From: Octopus bimaculoides
Lineage: Eukaryota
Reading direction: 5' to 3'
Assembly (NCBI RefSeq): GCF_001194135.2
Contig: NC_068994.1
Span: 40,393,511 to 40,446,961 of the forward strand
Length of the DNA stretch: 53,451 nucleotides
Under the pieces are notes generated by a model. The model was not told where the DNA came from and did not search any database. It saw only the letters and a list, made by a program, of their open reading frames with translations. The position numbers and the translations under genes are program-made. Positions 22,401 through 35,390 of the stretch are shown one piece after another. Numbering within the stretch: position 1 is the stretch's first letter; every line of letters starts with the position of its first letter.

Positions 22401-24034
22401 TGTGATAAGAAAGTGAATTCATTAAAGAAAGACCGGGAGGTAAGAAGAACTCTGTTACACAGAGAAGAAACACATAAGCATCTATACTGAAACCAACATA
22501 AAGAATTTGGTTTGGAAATGGTATTTGAAAGCTATTATTGATGAAGGTATGAGCTGAAAAAAGAAAGAAAAGAAAGAAGGAAGGAAAGAAAGACAAGAAA
22601 GAATGGAATGGAAGATGGAAAGAGAACTGGTTGAAACACTGCAAAAGAAAATTATATGAAATAAGAAAAACGTTGTTGTATTCTAATCCAATGAGTCTTC
22701 ATTATTTCATTCTTGTTTTTCCCATTGATGTGTTATTTGAAAAAATAATTGATGTAATTCATGTTTTGATTTGGAACATTGGAATAAAGCAAATTATATG
22801 CAATTTACTATTTAAGTCTTTTTACATAGAGTATTTGATAGTTACTTTAAGTTTAAAAACATCAACAAAGGTATTTCACATGCAACTGAAGATTTCAATT
22901 TACCTATTTATCTTAAATCTTGAAATTTCATTTATGATATACACAAATTTTTAATACACCAATTTATTGCCTTCTGTAAAAGCTACTATGACAATATAAT
23001 TGCAAATATGAAATACATTTCAGTATAAAAGACTTTGTGTCTTTTGGTTTTGGGGAAAATATAGAATAGTAATAATAATCATAATGATTAATGATGATGA
23101 TGGTAAGAAGAACAACAACATCATCATCGTCATCGTCACCACCACCACCACCACCACCACCACCACCACTACCACCACCATTATCATCATGATCATTGTT
23201 ATTTGGTTCAAATAAAGCTGTAAATTTTTAGCTATTTTCATTTCCAGTATTTTCAAGGCTTCATATATTTTTAATAAGCTTTTTCATTTTATATCCAATT
23301 ATCCATATGGAATTCTTTCAGTATTTCTTCAATTTCAAGAAGCAGTATTTAATCAGCATAAGCTTAAATATCATATTTTCATTATTATTTGAATATTATA
23401 AATTTTGTTTGTACAGTCCAATATTAAAAATGAATTTAGGGGCTTAGTTAGTGCTAGGCTATATATAATATAAACCAGCTGATAAATACATCTTAACTCT
23501 TTTATAAAACTTTTTCATAATGTTTGTGTTTTAATACATTTTCATGCCAGAAATTTCTACATTTTTGGCAATAAAATTTGAAAAAAACTTATGCCCTTCA
23601 CACCCACAAAAAGTAAAAATTAAATTTGTGGCTATGCAGTTAGACATAATAGTACCAGGAGCAAACTTCCAGGGAATGCATTTTTGAATGTTATGAATTC
23701 CTTTTTGGCCATATTTTGTTAACTATTAATTAAATTTCTAATTGTTGTGTCTGTTGATACAAACATCATCTTTATTTAAAATAAATTCTCTTTCGCACTT
23801 TCTGTCTGTCTCTCTCACACTTTATACACACACACAAACACGTGCGCATGTGTGTGTGTGTGTGTAAATGCATACATAGGTATAAGAGCTGGAAACAAAT
23901 GTAGTGTAAAGTAGGCATGCATTTTTTTAATAACTGATCTAGATCATTCCAATTGTACATGTCAGAAAAGCAACCCTTCTTCTCTAGTAATTCTTCTTTC
24001 TGCTCTACTTTATTGCAGGCAAATAACAGTTCTC

Positions 24035-24760
24035 ATGTAGAAGCAAAGTGCTGTTATCTAATTTTAATAAAGGAGAGGTGTAGGGTGTCTGACATCCACT
24101 GAAGACTATGAGTTGTTTACAGTGATGACACCATTGACAAGAATGGAAGAAGTTTAAAGGTTTGAAGACAAACCATGCAGTGGACAACCGTCAACTGCAA
24201 CCAGTGACATGAATTACTTGTGAGTGGATGAACTGATTTGCCCAGACAGAAACATCACTATCTGTGAGTTAGCTATGCAACTACACTGTGGTCACAATGC
24301 TTATCCCTTTGAGCCCGTAACACTGGTTTACTGGTGGATGGCTTATTTTTCTCAATACCATAGCACTGCTCTGCTGGTGAAGTGCATCTGGAAGCCAAGT
24401 ATATGGTGAAATAAGGTTCAGGATGTCAGGGCTCAAAGGGTTAATGGAAGATGGTAGAAGACTTTGGTGATAGAAAAGTGTGTGAAAATTGGGTTCCTTA
24501 GCAGATGACTCCTGATCTTGTCACAGGGATGAAACCTAGGTATAGTTTCATGGTCTTGAACAGAAGCCTTAGTCTATGGACTGGCATCATACGTTTTCTT
24601 TAAGGCCTAAAATGTTCAAAAGTCAACAATCAGCTCAGAAAGACATAGTGATTGCTTTTTGGGATACACGGATGTCATTCTTCTTGATTTTATTAAATGT
24701 GGTTGTACTGTGAATATGAAGTGGTGCAATGAGACATGCAAAAAAGCTTTAAAAAGTCAA
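24035..24760 (+). mobile_element. Old mariner transposase relic (irritans-like), interrupted
   Basis: EDKPCSGQPST..VDELICPDRNITICELA (HTH), RKVCENWVP, TGDET-like, KMFKSQQSAQKDIVIAFW..VILLDFIKCGCTVN; many stops and frameshifts. Confidence 0.7.
24305..24440. mobile_element. piggyBac-like MITE nested in the mariner relic
   Basis: Perfect 12-bp TIR ccctttgagccc / gggctcaaaggg, flanked by TTAT (left) and TTAA (right). Confidence 0.75.
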
Positions 24761-24789
24761 GACTACAATACTTTTGCCAAACTGCACAA

Positions 24790-24988
24790 CAACCTCAATA
24801 ATGCTGGTGACATGAAAAATGCACCCAGTCCACACTGTAAAATGACTTGCATTAGGAAGGGCTTCTAGTTATAGAAATCATGCCAAAGTAGACACCAGAG
24901 CATGATGCAATCCTTGAACCCATCCTGTCACTTTCTAACCTATGCCAGCATGGAACATGGATGTTAAATGATAGTGATGATGATGATA
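24790..24988 (+). mobile_element. RTE LINE 3' end, diverged
   Basis: aaaatgcacccagtccacact...ggaagggcttc...cctatgccagcatggaacatggatgttaaa(tga)n. Confidence 0.7.
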
Positions 24989-25039
24989 TATATACATATA
25001 CATACATACATATATATATATATGCGTGTGTGTGTGTGC

Positions 25040-25074
<35 letters not shown>

Positions 25075-25119
25075 TGTGTGTATATATATATGTGTGTGTG
25101 TGTAAGTATGTATGTATAT

Positions 25120-25161
<42 letters not shown>

Positions 25162-26690
25162 TTATGCATATATCTATATTTTTTTTGTCTCTCTCTATAT
25201 ATATAACATTCGTATTTTAATACAAAATAACTGAATAGAGCCAGCCACTTAAACTGAGAAATCATGATGGCAGCTGAAGGCGGTTTTATCAAAAGATATT
25301 TATTCCATTTTAATCTAATGATAGTTATCAATGGTCATTTCTGTCTTTATAAATATATCTCTTTGACTAATGTAGGCTCTAACTACTGGTTATTTTAGGT
25401 ATAGTTACTGGCAACCATATTGATTTCATAGAAGTCTAGTCATGCTTGCTTTTCATTTCATTTCCTTTTTTATAATTTACAAGAATAATTATTGTAGTTT
25501 TATATATAAACCAAACAAAAAAAGAAAGAAAAATGAAAATGAAGTAATTATCTTATAATTTGCTAAAATGCTGTTATGTCTAACTTGATAATAGTCATCA
25601 ACTAATCTTCAACTGATGACAAGTTCTTAGTGTGAATCTTCTTTAGGTACCAGCCAGTCTTTTTAAAGACGAAAGTTGAACAATTAAATGGAGTTACATC
25701 TGACAATTCATAATCAGGTTAATAATGTGTTTTTATCAAGCAATTATATTTTGTACTTAAGAAACTAATTTTGTATTCAAAGATTACAGAAATTGAAACA
25801 TCATTATCTTTCTTTTTTTTGTTTATTATTTTTTTTTTTCATTTATTTTTTGTTTTTCAACCAATTAAAATCCAAATTTCTTTGCTGAAAGAGTAAAATT
25901 GAAATTAAACAAATCAAAATAAAAGAGAAGCTGTTTCTATTTGTTTAACAAACTTTATAAGATATCTTAGACTGATGTGTTTATTACTGTACCAATATAG
26001 TTCTCACATTTCACAGTCATCAGATTCTGTTTACCAGAATCAACCAAATACTGTTTACTAGAATTGTAGTTTCTTGATATAATGGATGGCAGGAAATACA
26101 TGGAATACCAGAAGAGAGAAGGAGTGAACTTAAGAGATGAATGAAGTCTAACTGACAAACAGTTAAAGAAGTAAAAAGGAATGACTAAGTGAGAAGGAAA
26201 AAAGAGAAGAATAGAAGTTAGATGTAATAGAGAAATATAGAATTCTGAAGAAAAGTGCTTTGAAAGTTTCTATTGATTCTGGAAACTGGTTTGGCTGGTA
26301 ATGGAGATTAAAGAGAAACAAATAAGTGCAATATATGTAGCAATTGTTAGTGGATAAAGAATAAGAAAAAAATAGATAAAAAGAAAAAGAAGAATGGCTC
26401 ATTGGTCAACTACTTATTTAGATAACAGTAATTGGTCTATAATGTATATGAATTACTAGCAAAGGGTTTGGCTGAATAAGTTTAACTTAATAAAAGTAAA
26501 ATTAGACTGAATGAAATAGTCAGAAATTGGAAATTAAAAATGGTGTGGTTTTTAAATATAAATGAACTCCTGACAGGCTTCTTAATCTCAAGAAACAAAG
26601 ATAAAATATGAAGATGCTCAAATATACTGAGTAAATTTATATATGAATATAAATACTTAGTATTTAGCTTAATTACATAAATATAACATA

Positions 26691-28207
26691 CAGCCTTGGC
26701 CAAGAGTATTAGGCCGCCCCCAAGATTCTTGGGTTCTGTTATCTCAATGTTAATGAAACTCGTGCACATGGTAGATTATGGTATATTTCACAATATGCAT
26801 TAGTTTCAATATCTGGTTGACACTCCTTTAGCATCAGTTAACCGCTTTTATACTGTACATATGCAACCAATTATGGGTTAGACAAACGACCAAAATTAAC
26901 TTATGTTTCCTTGATTATTTCAGAGTTTTATGCTAAAATACATTGTAGATACAGTTAATAAACAGTAAAATGCCTAAAACAAGGGAGTTGAGTGATTATA
27001 AGCAAGGTCAAATCATAGCTCATCATGAAGCTGGAATGTCTCATAGGCAAATTGCTAAGAAGATGAAATGTTCTCGATGTGCGGTGCAAAGGACTCTCAA
27101 GCACTTCAGAGAGACAAAAGATGTGAAGACAATACAAAGAATAGGCAGAAAAAGTTACTACACCTCGTGATGACAGATCCATCATTTGTCAGTCACTCAG
27201 AAACAGAAGAAAAACATTATCGGAGCTCTGTGCAGATTTCAACAAAGCAAGTTCTTCACAAATATCAACCAGAACTGTTAGAAGAAGACTTGTAGAGTAT
27301 GGTCTGAAAGACTGTAAAGCCAGGAAGAAGCCGTGGGTTTCTGAAGCGAATATGGAGAAATGTCTTCAGTGGGCCAAAAATCACTCAAATTGGACCATTG
27401 AGCAATTGTCAAAAGTCATATGGTCTGATGAAAGTAACTATGACGTAAGATAGTACATGTATTCAATCAACATATAAACTTAATGTAACTGATTTGTTCC
27501 CCAAAATATATAAAAAAGTATCCAACATAAAGCTAATATTATTTTTCATGTTTTTACTCAGGTTTTTGGTACATCTGATTCAACTTTCTTGCATCACAGA
27601 GTTGAGGAAGCATTTAAGGCTGAATGTCTGGTACCAACCATAAAACATGGGAGTGGTTCTATCATGATGTGGGCCTGCATGTCTGCTGCAGGATCTGGAG
27701 AAATGTTTTTATGTCAGGGAAGGATAAATTCAGCGACCTATGTTTCTATGTTATCAGATGTTTTAGAGCCATCAATTGCTAAATTGCACCCAGGAGTGTC
27801 AAAAAACAGTGTTATCTTTCAACAGGACACCACTCCATGTCATCAATGGTTTGAGACACAAAGTATTGTTCCCATGGACTGACCAGTTCAAAGTCCCGAT
27901 CTAAATCCAATAAAACACCTATGGGGAACTCTTGGTGAAGTTATCAGGAACACAATAATTAAAAATAAAGAGCATTTGTACCAAAAGTTGAGAGAAGAAT
28001 GGAGTAAAATTGCACCTAGCACCTGCAAGAAACTAGTTGATTCAATGCCTAAAAGTGGTAATTGATGCTAAAGGAGGGTCAGCTAGATATTAGAACTAAT
28101 GCATATTGTGAAATATACCGTAATCTACCATGTGCACGAATTTCATTAACTTTGAGATAACAGAACCCCAAAACATTGGGGTGGCCTAATACTTTTTGCC
28201 AAGGCTG
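26691..28207 (+). mobile_element. Full-length Tc1-like transposon with ~157-bp TIRs and TA TSD
   Basis: TA|CAGCCTTGGCCAAGAGTATTAGGCC... and ...GGCCTAATACTTTTTGCCAAGGCTG|TA; TIRs about 26691-26849 and 28051-28207; transposase inside. Confidence 0.95.
26970..28093 (+). pseudogene. Tc1 DDE transposase pseudogene with one 117-bp GT-AG intron (27445-27561)
   Basis: MPKTRELS..GQIIA HTH, GRK, WSDES, KHGSGSIMMWACM, FQQD, P.QSPDLNPI(K)HLW, SMP..VIDAKGG..Y*. Frameshift near 27153, stop at 27880-82, catalytic E read as K, only 28 residues between D and E positions. Confidence 0.92.
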
Positions 28208-28344
28208 TACTTCACAAATCAGCTAGTGTAAGTATAGAAAACAAGGAATCACTTGACCTACTAGAAAATGCATCAAAATCTTCCTCTGATAACAACCAAT
28301 TGTCTTAAATAATGATATCAAATATTAAATGAAGAAGCCTGTTG

Positions 28345-28350
28345 TATGTA

Positions 28351-28407
<57 letters not shown>

Positions 28408-28580
28408 CTATGTGTTTGTGTGTCTTTCTGTCTGTATTTGTCCCCACCACCCACCACTTGACTACTAGACTAGGCTTAAAAAATAACTATTGGGATTGAT
28501 TCATTAGACTAAAAATTGAAGGTAGTTCCATACAATGGCTGCAGTCTAATGACTGAAAGAAATAAAAGATAAAATGAAAG
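28345..28580 (+). mobile_element. SINE family B 3' half
   Basis: (TG)n then tttgtccccaccacc..cttgac...gctgcagtctaatgactgaaag..taaaagat. Confidence 0.7.
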
Positions 28581-29839
28581 ATTCTGTAGTTCTATGGAAG
28601 TCTTAAAAAAAAGATGACATGGTCTTGCATCATATGTTTACGCAGTGAAGGTTGGCTTGGAGCTAAACAACAACAACAACAACAACAGGTAGGTTGTGGA
28701 AGGGTAGAATGTTTATGATTGGGTTATAGGCCTTTAAACTGTGAAGTTACTTCAAATCTCACTAAGGTCAAATTTGCTTTTTATCCTTTTGGGGTTCAAT
28801 GAAATCAAGTAATTACTAAAGCAATGTAAGGCAAAATAAAACTTTATAATGAAAAAATATGATTTATTGTCTATATATATATTCACATTATTTTGTACAG
28901 TAAAATGTGTTTATTATTGACTGCAAATAGTCAAAAGGAAAAAAAAATTATATTTTATGGCAACAACACAATATTTAGAAGAAAAAAAATCAAACAAACA
29001 GAACAAAACAAACAAGCAATGATTTAAAAATAAAATCAATATTTGTAAAAACACTGACAGGAAATGTTGGTGAATTGTGACCATCACAATGAACTGGAAA
29101 TTGGTAATTAAAAAAGGATGGCAAAAAAAAAAAATGATGGCCAAAAATCTTAATAATTTCCTTTGGTTGAAATGGATTAACAACACTAATAAACCTTATT
29201 TCCTTACCTGTTTAAGCAACCAATTAATTATTTATTCTTAAAGATCAGAGTAATTGCTTACAGTGAATTTTTACAATGAATGTTTTAAAATACAAAGGGG
29301 ATGCACATTTGCCACATGACCCATAGACATTGGTACAATTCAGAAGCAACGGCAAGATTGAAGTTGAAAATCCTATATTTCTTGCATTGGTCCTTATCTT
29401 ATTGTATTTCAGTGAATGAATAAAATTAAGTGTATCACACACACACACACACTTGCACACACATGCACACACATGCATACACTAACGTGTATACACACAT
29501 TCATACATGCATACATATGTTCATACATACATGTATACATACATACATGCATACATACATACATACATACATACATACATGCATAAATGCATACATACAT
29601 ACATACATACATACATACGTACATACATAGACACTAGTGGTGCTTTAGCATTGATTTTATGTACAATATCTTTGTAGACCCAAAAATAATGAATAGCCAA
29701 ATCAGTTACAAACTGGTGGTGGAATTTCAACACCAGCCAAATCCCTATCACCATGATAAAGTTGATATAAAATCATGATGAACAACACACACACACACTC
29801 ATATGCATATGTATGTGTTTGCATATATATATATATGTA

Positions 29840-29899
<60 letters not shown>

Positions 29900-30713
29900 T
29901 ATGTAAGCATATATATAGATATACATGTATATAAATATATATGTATATATATATGTATGTATATACATGTAAACATATAGCCTGTGTGTGTAGTGAAAAA
30001 TCTTTGATCATGCTTTTTCCAGCATTTGCTCTGTATATCACAACTAGCAATACTGCTAAGTACAGTAGTAACCACACTGCTATACTGGAAGTAGACTGGA
30101 TGGTGATACTCTATGTGAAGCTCTAAATTCACTGGTGACATTCATATTTCTGTGTATAAGAATATCTATTTGCACACATACATACATGCATACATATATA
30201 TATATATATANNNNNNNNNNTTTTTAAACTTTTAAATTTTCCTATTCAAAAGAGACAGAGACTTCAAATTAATATATATATATTAATGTGGTTCTGTTAG
30301 AGGCATGTATGTGAAACTGTATGCACATGCATTAACAAATGCAAGAAAATATATGTTAAAAGAAGTTAATCACATCAATAGTCTCACACAAAATACCATG
30401 ACTTACTTTTATGATTTGAATATTAGCTCAGCTTGAGAGTCTATCCTAAGAATCTGCTATCTTGGCTGCATGCTCTGTAGTTATCCATCAACTTGAGTGT
30501 CTAGTCTAAGGATCCATCATCTTTAGTGCATACTCAGAGTTTCCATGTGTCTGTCATTGATCAGTAGGTGACAGAGTAATGTTAGAAGACATTCTTAGCA
30601 TTTGCTAATGGTACCCACCTTCTCAGCAATCTCCAAACTACATGACTGTCTCATAATACCTATACATATATGCATATATATCTATCTACACATACATACA
30701 TACATACACACGC

Positions 30714-30775
<62 letters not shown>

Positions 30776-30800
30776 ATATATGTGTATATATATATATATA

Positions 30801-31720
30801 NNNNNNNNNNNNNNNNNNNNNNNNNNNNNNNNNNNNNNNNNNNNNNNNNNNNNNNNNNNNNNNNNNNNNNNNNNNNNNNNNNNNNNNNNNNNNNNNNNNN
30901 NNNNNNNNNNNNNNNNNNNNNNNNNNNNNNNNNNNNNNNNNNNNNNNNNNNNNNNNNNNNNNNNNNNNNNNNNNNNNNNNNNNNNNNNNNNNNNNNNNNN
31001 NNNNNNNNNNNNNNNNNNNNNNNNNNNNNNNNNNNNNNNNNNNNNNNNNNNNNNNNNNNNNNNNNNNNNNNNNNNNNNNNNNNNNNNNNNNNNNNNNNNN
31101 NNNNNNNNNNNNNNNNNNNNNNNNNNNNNNNNNNNNNNNNNNNNNNNNNNNNNNNNNNNNNNNNNNNNNNNNNNNNNNNNNNNNNNNNNNNNNNNNNNNN
31201 NNNNNNNNNNNNNNNNNNNNNNNNNNNNNNNNNNNNNNNNNNNNNNNNNNNNNNNNNNNNNNNNNNNNNNNNNNNNNNNNNNNNNNNNNNNNNNNNNNNN
31301 NNNNNNNNNNNNNNNNNNNNNNNNNNNNNNNNNNNNNNNNNNNNNNNNNNNNNNNNNNNNNNNNNNNNNNNNNNNNNNNNNNNNNNNNNNNNNNNNNNNN
31401 NNNNNNNNNNNNNNNNNNNNNNNNNNNNNNNNNNNNNNNNNNNNNNNNNNNNNNNNNNNNNNNNNNNNNNNNNNNNNNNNNNNNNNNNNNNNNNNNNNNN
31501 NNNNNNNNNNNNNNNNNNNNNNNNNNNNNNNNNNNNNNNNNNNNNNNNNNNNNNNNNNNNNNNNNNNNNNNNNNNNNNNNNNNNNNNNNNNNNNNNNNNN
31601 NNNNNNNNNNNNNNNNNNNNNNNNNNNNNNNNNNNNNNNNNNNNNNNNNNNNNNNNNNNNNNNNNNNNNNNNNNNNNNNNNNNNNNNNNNNNNNNNNNNN
31701 NNNNNNNNNNNNNNNNNNNN
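30801..31720. other. Assembly gap (920 N)
   Basis: N run flanked by (TA)n on both sides. Confidence 1.
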
Positions 31721-31747
31721 TATATATACATATATATATATATATAT

Positions 31748-31882
31748 GGAAGCGCATCCAGCTGTAGAAACTCTGCCAAATTAGATTGGAGCCTGGTGTT
31801 GCCATCCGGTTTCACCAGTCCTCAGTCAAATCGTCCAACCCATGCTAGCATGGAAAGCGGACGTTAAATGATGATGATGATA
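31748..31882 (+). mobile_element. Young RTE LINE 3' end
   Basis: catccagctgtagaaactctgcc...catgctagcatggaaagcggacgttaaa(tga)n; about four mismatches to the reverse complement of 53168-53290. Confidence 0.85.
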
Positions 31883-32444
31883 TACATATATATATGTATG
31901 TATTATGATTTTGCTGTATGGTTACATAGATGTATGTTTTCATATATAAGTATTTTCTTCCCCTCTCTCTCTCTCTCTCTCCCTCACTCTTGATATGTGT
32001 GTGAGTGTGTGTGTGCATATGTATATATATATATATATATATGTATAATAATTTTGCTGAGGCATAGCAATACTAATAACCAGTTGTTAAAAGTCAATAT
32101 ACATTTGCTTTAGAGTAAAGCATTAAGTGGTTACATAGCATAATTTTAATTAATGAATGACAAAGGAACAGGATCCACAAAATCGACTTCATTATTTTAC
32201 AGCTGGCTTTGCTATAAGAAGTGCACTTAGAGTTGAGTGCTTGTGCAACAATCCTCTAGCTTCCTCAGAGCCATTAAAATGAAGCATATGTTTATTTCAG
32301 AAAGCATTTAAATATCTATATCTGTATACATACACACGCATGCATAGTAATGAAGTCATGCAGTCCAAAAGATCTTGGTACAGTCAGTTAGTACAGATTT
32401 ACCTTCTCCATTCTCTACACCTATCGATACATGTATGCATATAT

Positions 32445-32476
<32 letters not shown>

Positions 32477-32547
32477 AACACATATGTACATCTATACATA
32501 CATACATACATATATACATTCGTACATATATATATATATATATATAC

Positions 32548-32610
<63 letters not shown>

Positions 32611-32675
32611 CATATATACATATATGTATGTATAAGTGTATGTGTGTGCAATTGTGTGTGTTTTGTCATACATGG

Positions 32676-32709
<34 letters not shown>

Positions 32710-32972
32710 TGCAGAAAGTTGATTTACTGTACATATAAATATTGTCACATTATTCCAATTTGTTGACCACCAAGAAATTCTATAGAGTTTGAAATATTTC
32801 AGGGTTTGGTAATCTGGATTATTTCACAACTTTCACAACAAACATTGAACTGAATATATATTTCCTATACAGTTCTTGTGTACTCGTTATGTGTCTTTGC
32901 ATTTTTACCATTTTCCCCTTCTTGAAAATAGTATTTATAAAAGAGTTATGTCAGCAAAATATCAAAATATCA

Positions 32973-33253
32973 TTATGTGTTTGATATCTTTGGTATTGCT
33001 GGGAGTGGTTTTGTGTAAGTTGTAAAACTATTCTGTGATGGCATGTTCCATGGTTCTGTAGGAATATTAGGATAACTACTATGTACTGGTGTTGACTTTA
33101 GATCAATAACATCTTTGCAAGGAGTGTTCTGATTAATATTGGCCTGATAAGACGGCCTGGTCAAGGTATTTATGTCCTGTGATCTGTTGTTTGTCTGTGG
33201 TAAAGACTTCCTACCTGTGTTCTTGAACTTCTCAGGTTGGCAATATGTGTGAC
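32973..33253 (-). CDS. Terminal coding exon of an unidentified gene (Pro/Ser/Thr-rich tail)
   Basis: Strong acceptor tctcttttcttttactttag|GT (phase 1). Frame (G)HTYCQPEKFKNTGRKSLPQ...YTKPLPAIPKISNT* is open to the stop at 32975-32973 and splices in frame with 37360-37201. Confidence 0.75.
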
Positions 33254-33989
33254 CTAAAGTAAAAGAAAAGAGAATGTAACATCATTTTTCATTTAAATTA
33301 TTCAATTTTTGTAATCAGATTAATAAAGTTAGGATTATAACAAGGTGATTTATATTTTGTTTCTAGGTTGATGGATCATTGTTTACCAAAGATTGTGCTG
33401 TAATGGCAAACTTTCAACTGATTATCATGCAGGTGGGACACTGAGAAAAAGGTGCAAGAACTCTTGGAAGAAATCCCTTGATTTCTATCACCATCACAAT
33501 GACCATCATTAATGGACTATGACAGCCTTCAATTACCTCCACCTTCTGGCAACAAACTATTCACCAGCCTGTCTCCTTGCTTGAGAACATGCAGTGCTGA
33601 CCTTGGGCACAAAAGGAAATTGAAGAAGAAACATGATACAGTAGCACAAAAAAAAGCCAGAACAGAATTTTGCTTGCAGCTAGTGTGGTTAGGCCTGCTC
33701 TTCTCATATTGATCTTTTTAGTTTCCAGTGAGCCTCTAATTGACATGGACAGGCTGTCATCATGAATTTTTGTTTGTTCAACCAATTTATGATGGGGTTG
33801 TTTTAGGATTTGCACCATCACTAACTGCAGATATCCAGTGCACATGTCTGAAAAATTTTAATCTTCTGCTTTTTTGTCGAAATGAAGCTAAGTTTAATTA
33901 AGTACACACATATATATAAAACAGTGGTTCTCAACCAATATGTCACAGCACACCACAATTATTTAAAAATATGATTTAAAACTGCTGAG

Positions 33990-34165
33990 TAGCTGTTCCC
34001 AACCATTCTTGCACCATGGACAGGGAAATCACATACACAACACAACACAATAACATGCATAATATATAATTTAGTTACTACATACTATTAAATATAATTA
34101 TTACATTGTGTATTATGCACTTTATTTCTACTATTATTACGTTGTAATATAGATAATACAATACA
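33990..34165 (+). mobile_element. hAT-Charlie (MER1/Charlie3-like) left-end fragment
   Basis: agctgttcccaaccattcttgcaccatggac and tgcactttatttctactattattacgttgtaatata resemble the MER1 consensus as I recall it; a second Charlie-type end cagtggttctcaacc lies at 33922. Confidence 0.55.
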
Positions 34166-34250
34166 AAATTTCAAAATTCAATTTTCACTTTCCATGATGG
34201 CATGGGTAAGATGGTTTAACACAGGGAATCAATGAGTAGCAGGGCTATGA

Positions 34251-34303
<53 letters not shown>

Positions 34304-34424
34304 GTACAGTGAATAAATTGCCATCTAAATTACGCAAAATGAAAATAACACTGACATCCCATTTTAAATAGATAGATAGCTAGATAGCTAGCTAGCTAGA
34401 TAGATAGATAGATAGATAGATAAA

Positions 34425-34800
34425 TAGTGTTCAGTCCCACTGCATGGCACCTTGAGAAGGTGTATTCTAATATAGCTTTGGGCTGACCAGAGCCTTGTGA
34501 GTGGATTTAGTAGACGGAAACTGAAAGAAGTCTCATCATGTGTTTGTGTGTACGTTGAGGTGTCTGTTTGTCTGTGTCTTTGTGTCCGTATTTGTTCCTC
34601 ACTACTATTTGACAACCAGTGTTGGTGGGTTTACATCCCAGTAACATAGCAGTTTGGCAAAAGAGACTGATAAAATAAGTACGACACCTAAAAAAAAAAA
34701 TATCAGCTGTTGATTCATTTGATTAAAAAATTCTCCGAGGTGGTGCCCCAGCATGACCTCAGTCTATTAACTGAAACAAGTGAAAGATAAAAGATACAAA
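34425..34800 (+). mobile_element. SINE family B (5'-clipped)
   Basis: gttcagtcccactgcatggcaccttg...gtgagtggatttagtagacggaaactgaaagaag...ctgaaacaagtgaaagataaaagat. Confidence 0.8.
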
Positions 34801-34953
34801 ATTCGTCTACTTACAGAGAGACATGTGTATCAACCAAATCTACTCATAATGCTTTGATTGACCTGGAGAAGACACTTGCCCAATGTGCCATTCAATAGGA
34901 TTGAATGCTAAACCATATGATTGGGAAGTAAACTTTTTAACCATACAGCCATA

Positions 34954-35390
34954 TTTATAAATATTCTACTCTAGGAAAAAGGCCCGAAATTTTTTGGGGA
35001 GAGGGCCAGTTGATTAGATCGATACCAGTATGCAACTGGTACTTAACTTATCGACCCTGAAAGGATGAAAGGAAAAGTCGACCTCAGCAGATTTTGAACT
35101 CAGAACATAAAGACAGACAAAATACTGCTGAGCATTTTGTCCAGCATGCTAATGTTTCTGCCAGTTTGCCGCCTTTAAAAAAAATATTCTTTTCTACTCT
35201 AGGCACAAGGCCTGAAATTTTGAGAGAGGGAGCCAGTCAATTAGATCTTCTAGTACTTAATTTATCGACCCTGAAAGGATGAAAAGCAAAGTCAACCTCA
35301 GTGGAATTTGAACTCAGGACATATAGACACATGAAATACCACTAAGCATTTCGCCTGGTGTGTTAACATTTCTGCCAGTTTGCAGCCTTC
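34954..35390 (-). mobile_element. Two head-to-tail SINE family A copies (34954-35177, 35186-35390)
   Basis: Each has tatcgaccctgaaaggatgaaa.gcaaagtc.acctca..gga.tttgaactcag..ctgccagtt. Confidence 0.85.

Noticed and set aside
29990-30110. Hydrophobic minus-strand frame [20 protein letters not shown]
   Set aside because: No donor site; runs into a microsatellite and lies downstream of the terminal exon at 32973.
33367-33432. Plus-strand 66-bp AG..GT segment (VDGSLFTKDCAVMANFQLIIMQ)
   Set aside because: Weak donor, no partner exons, and lies antisense inside the intron of the better-supported minus-strand gene.
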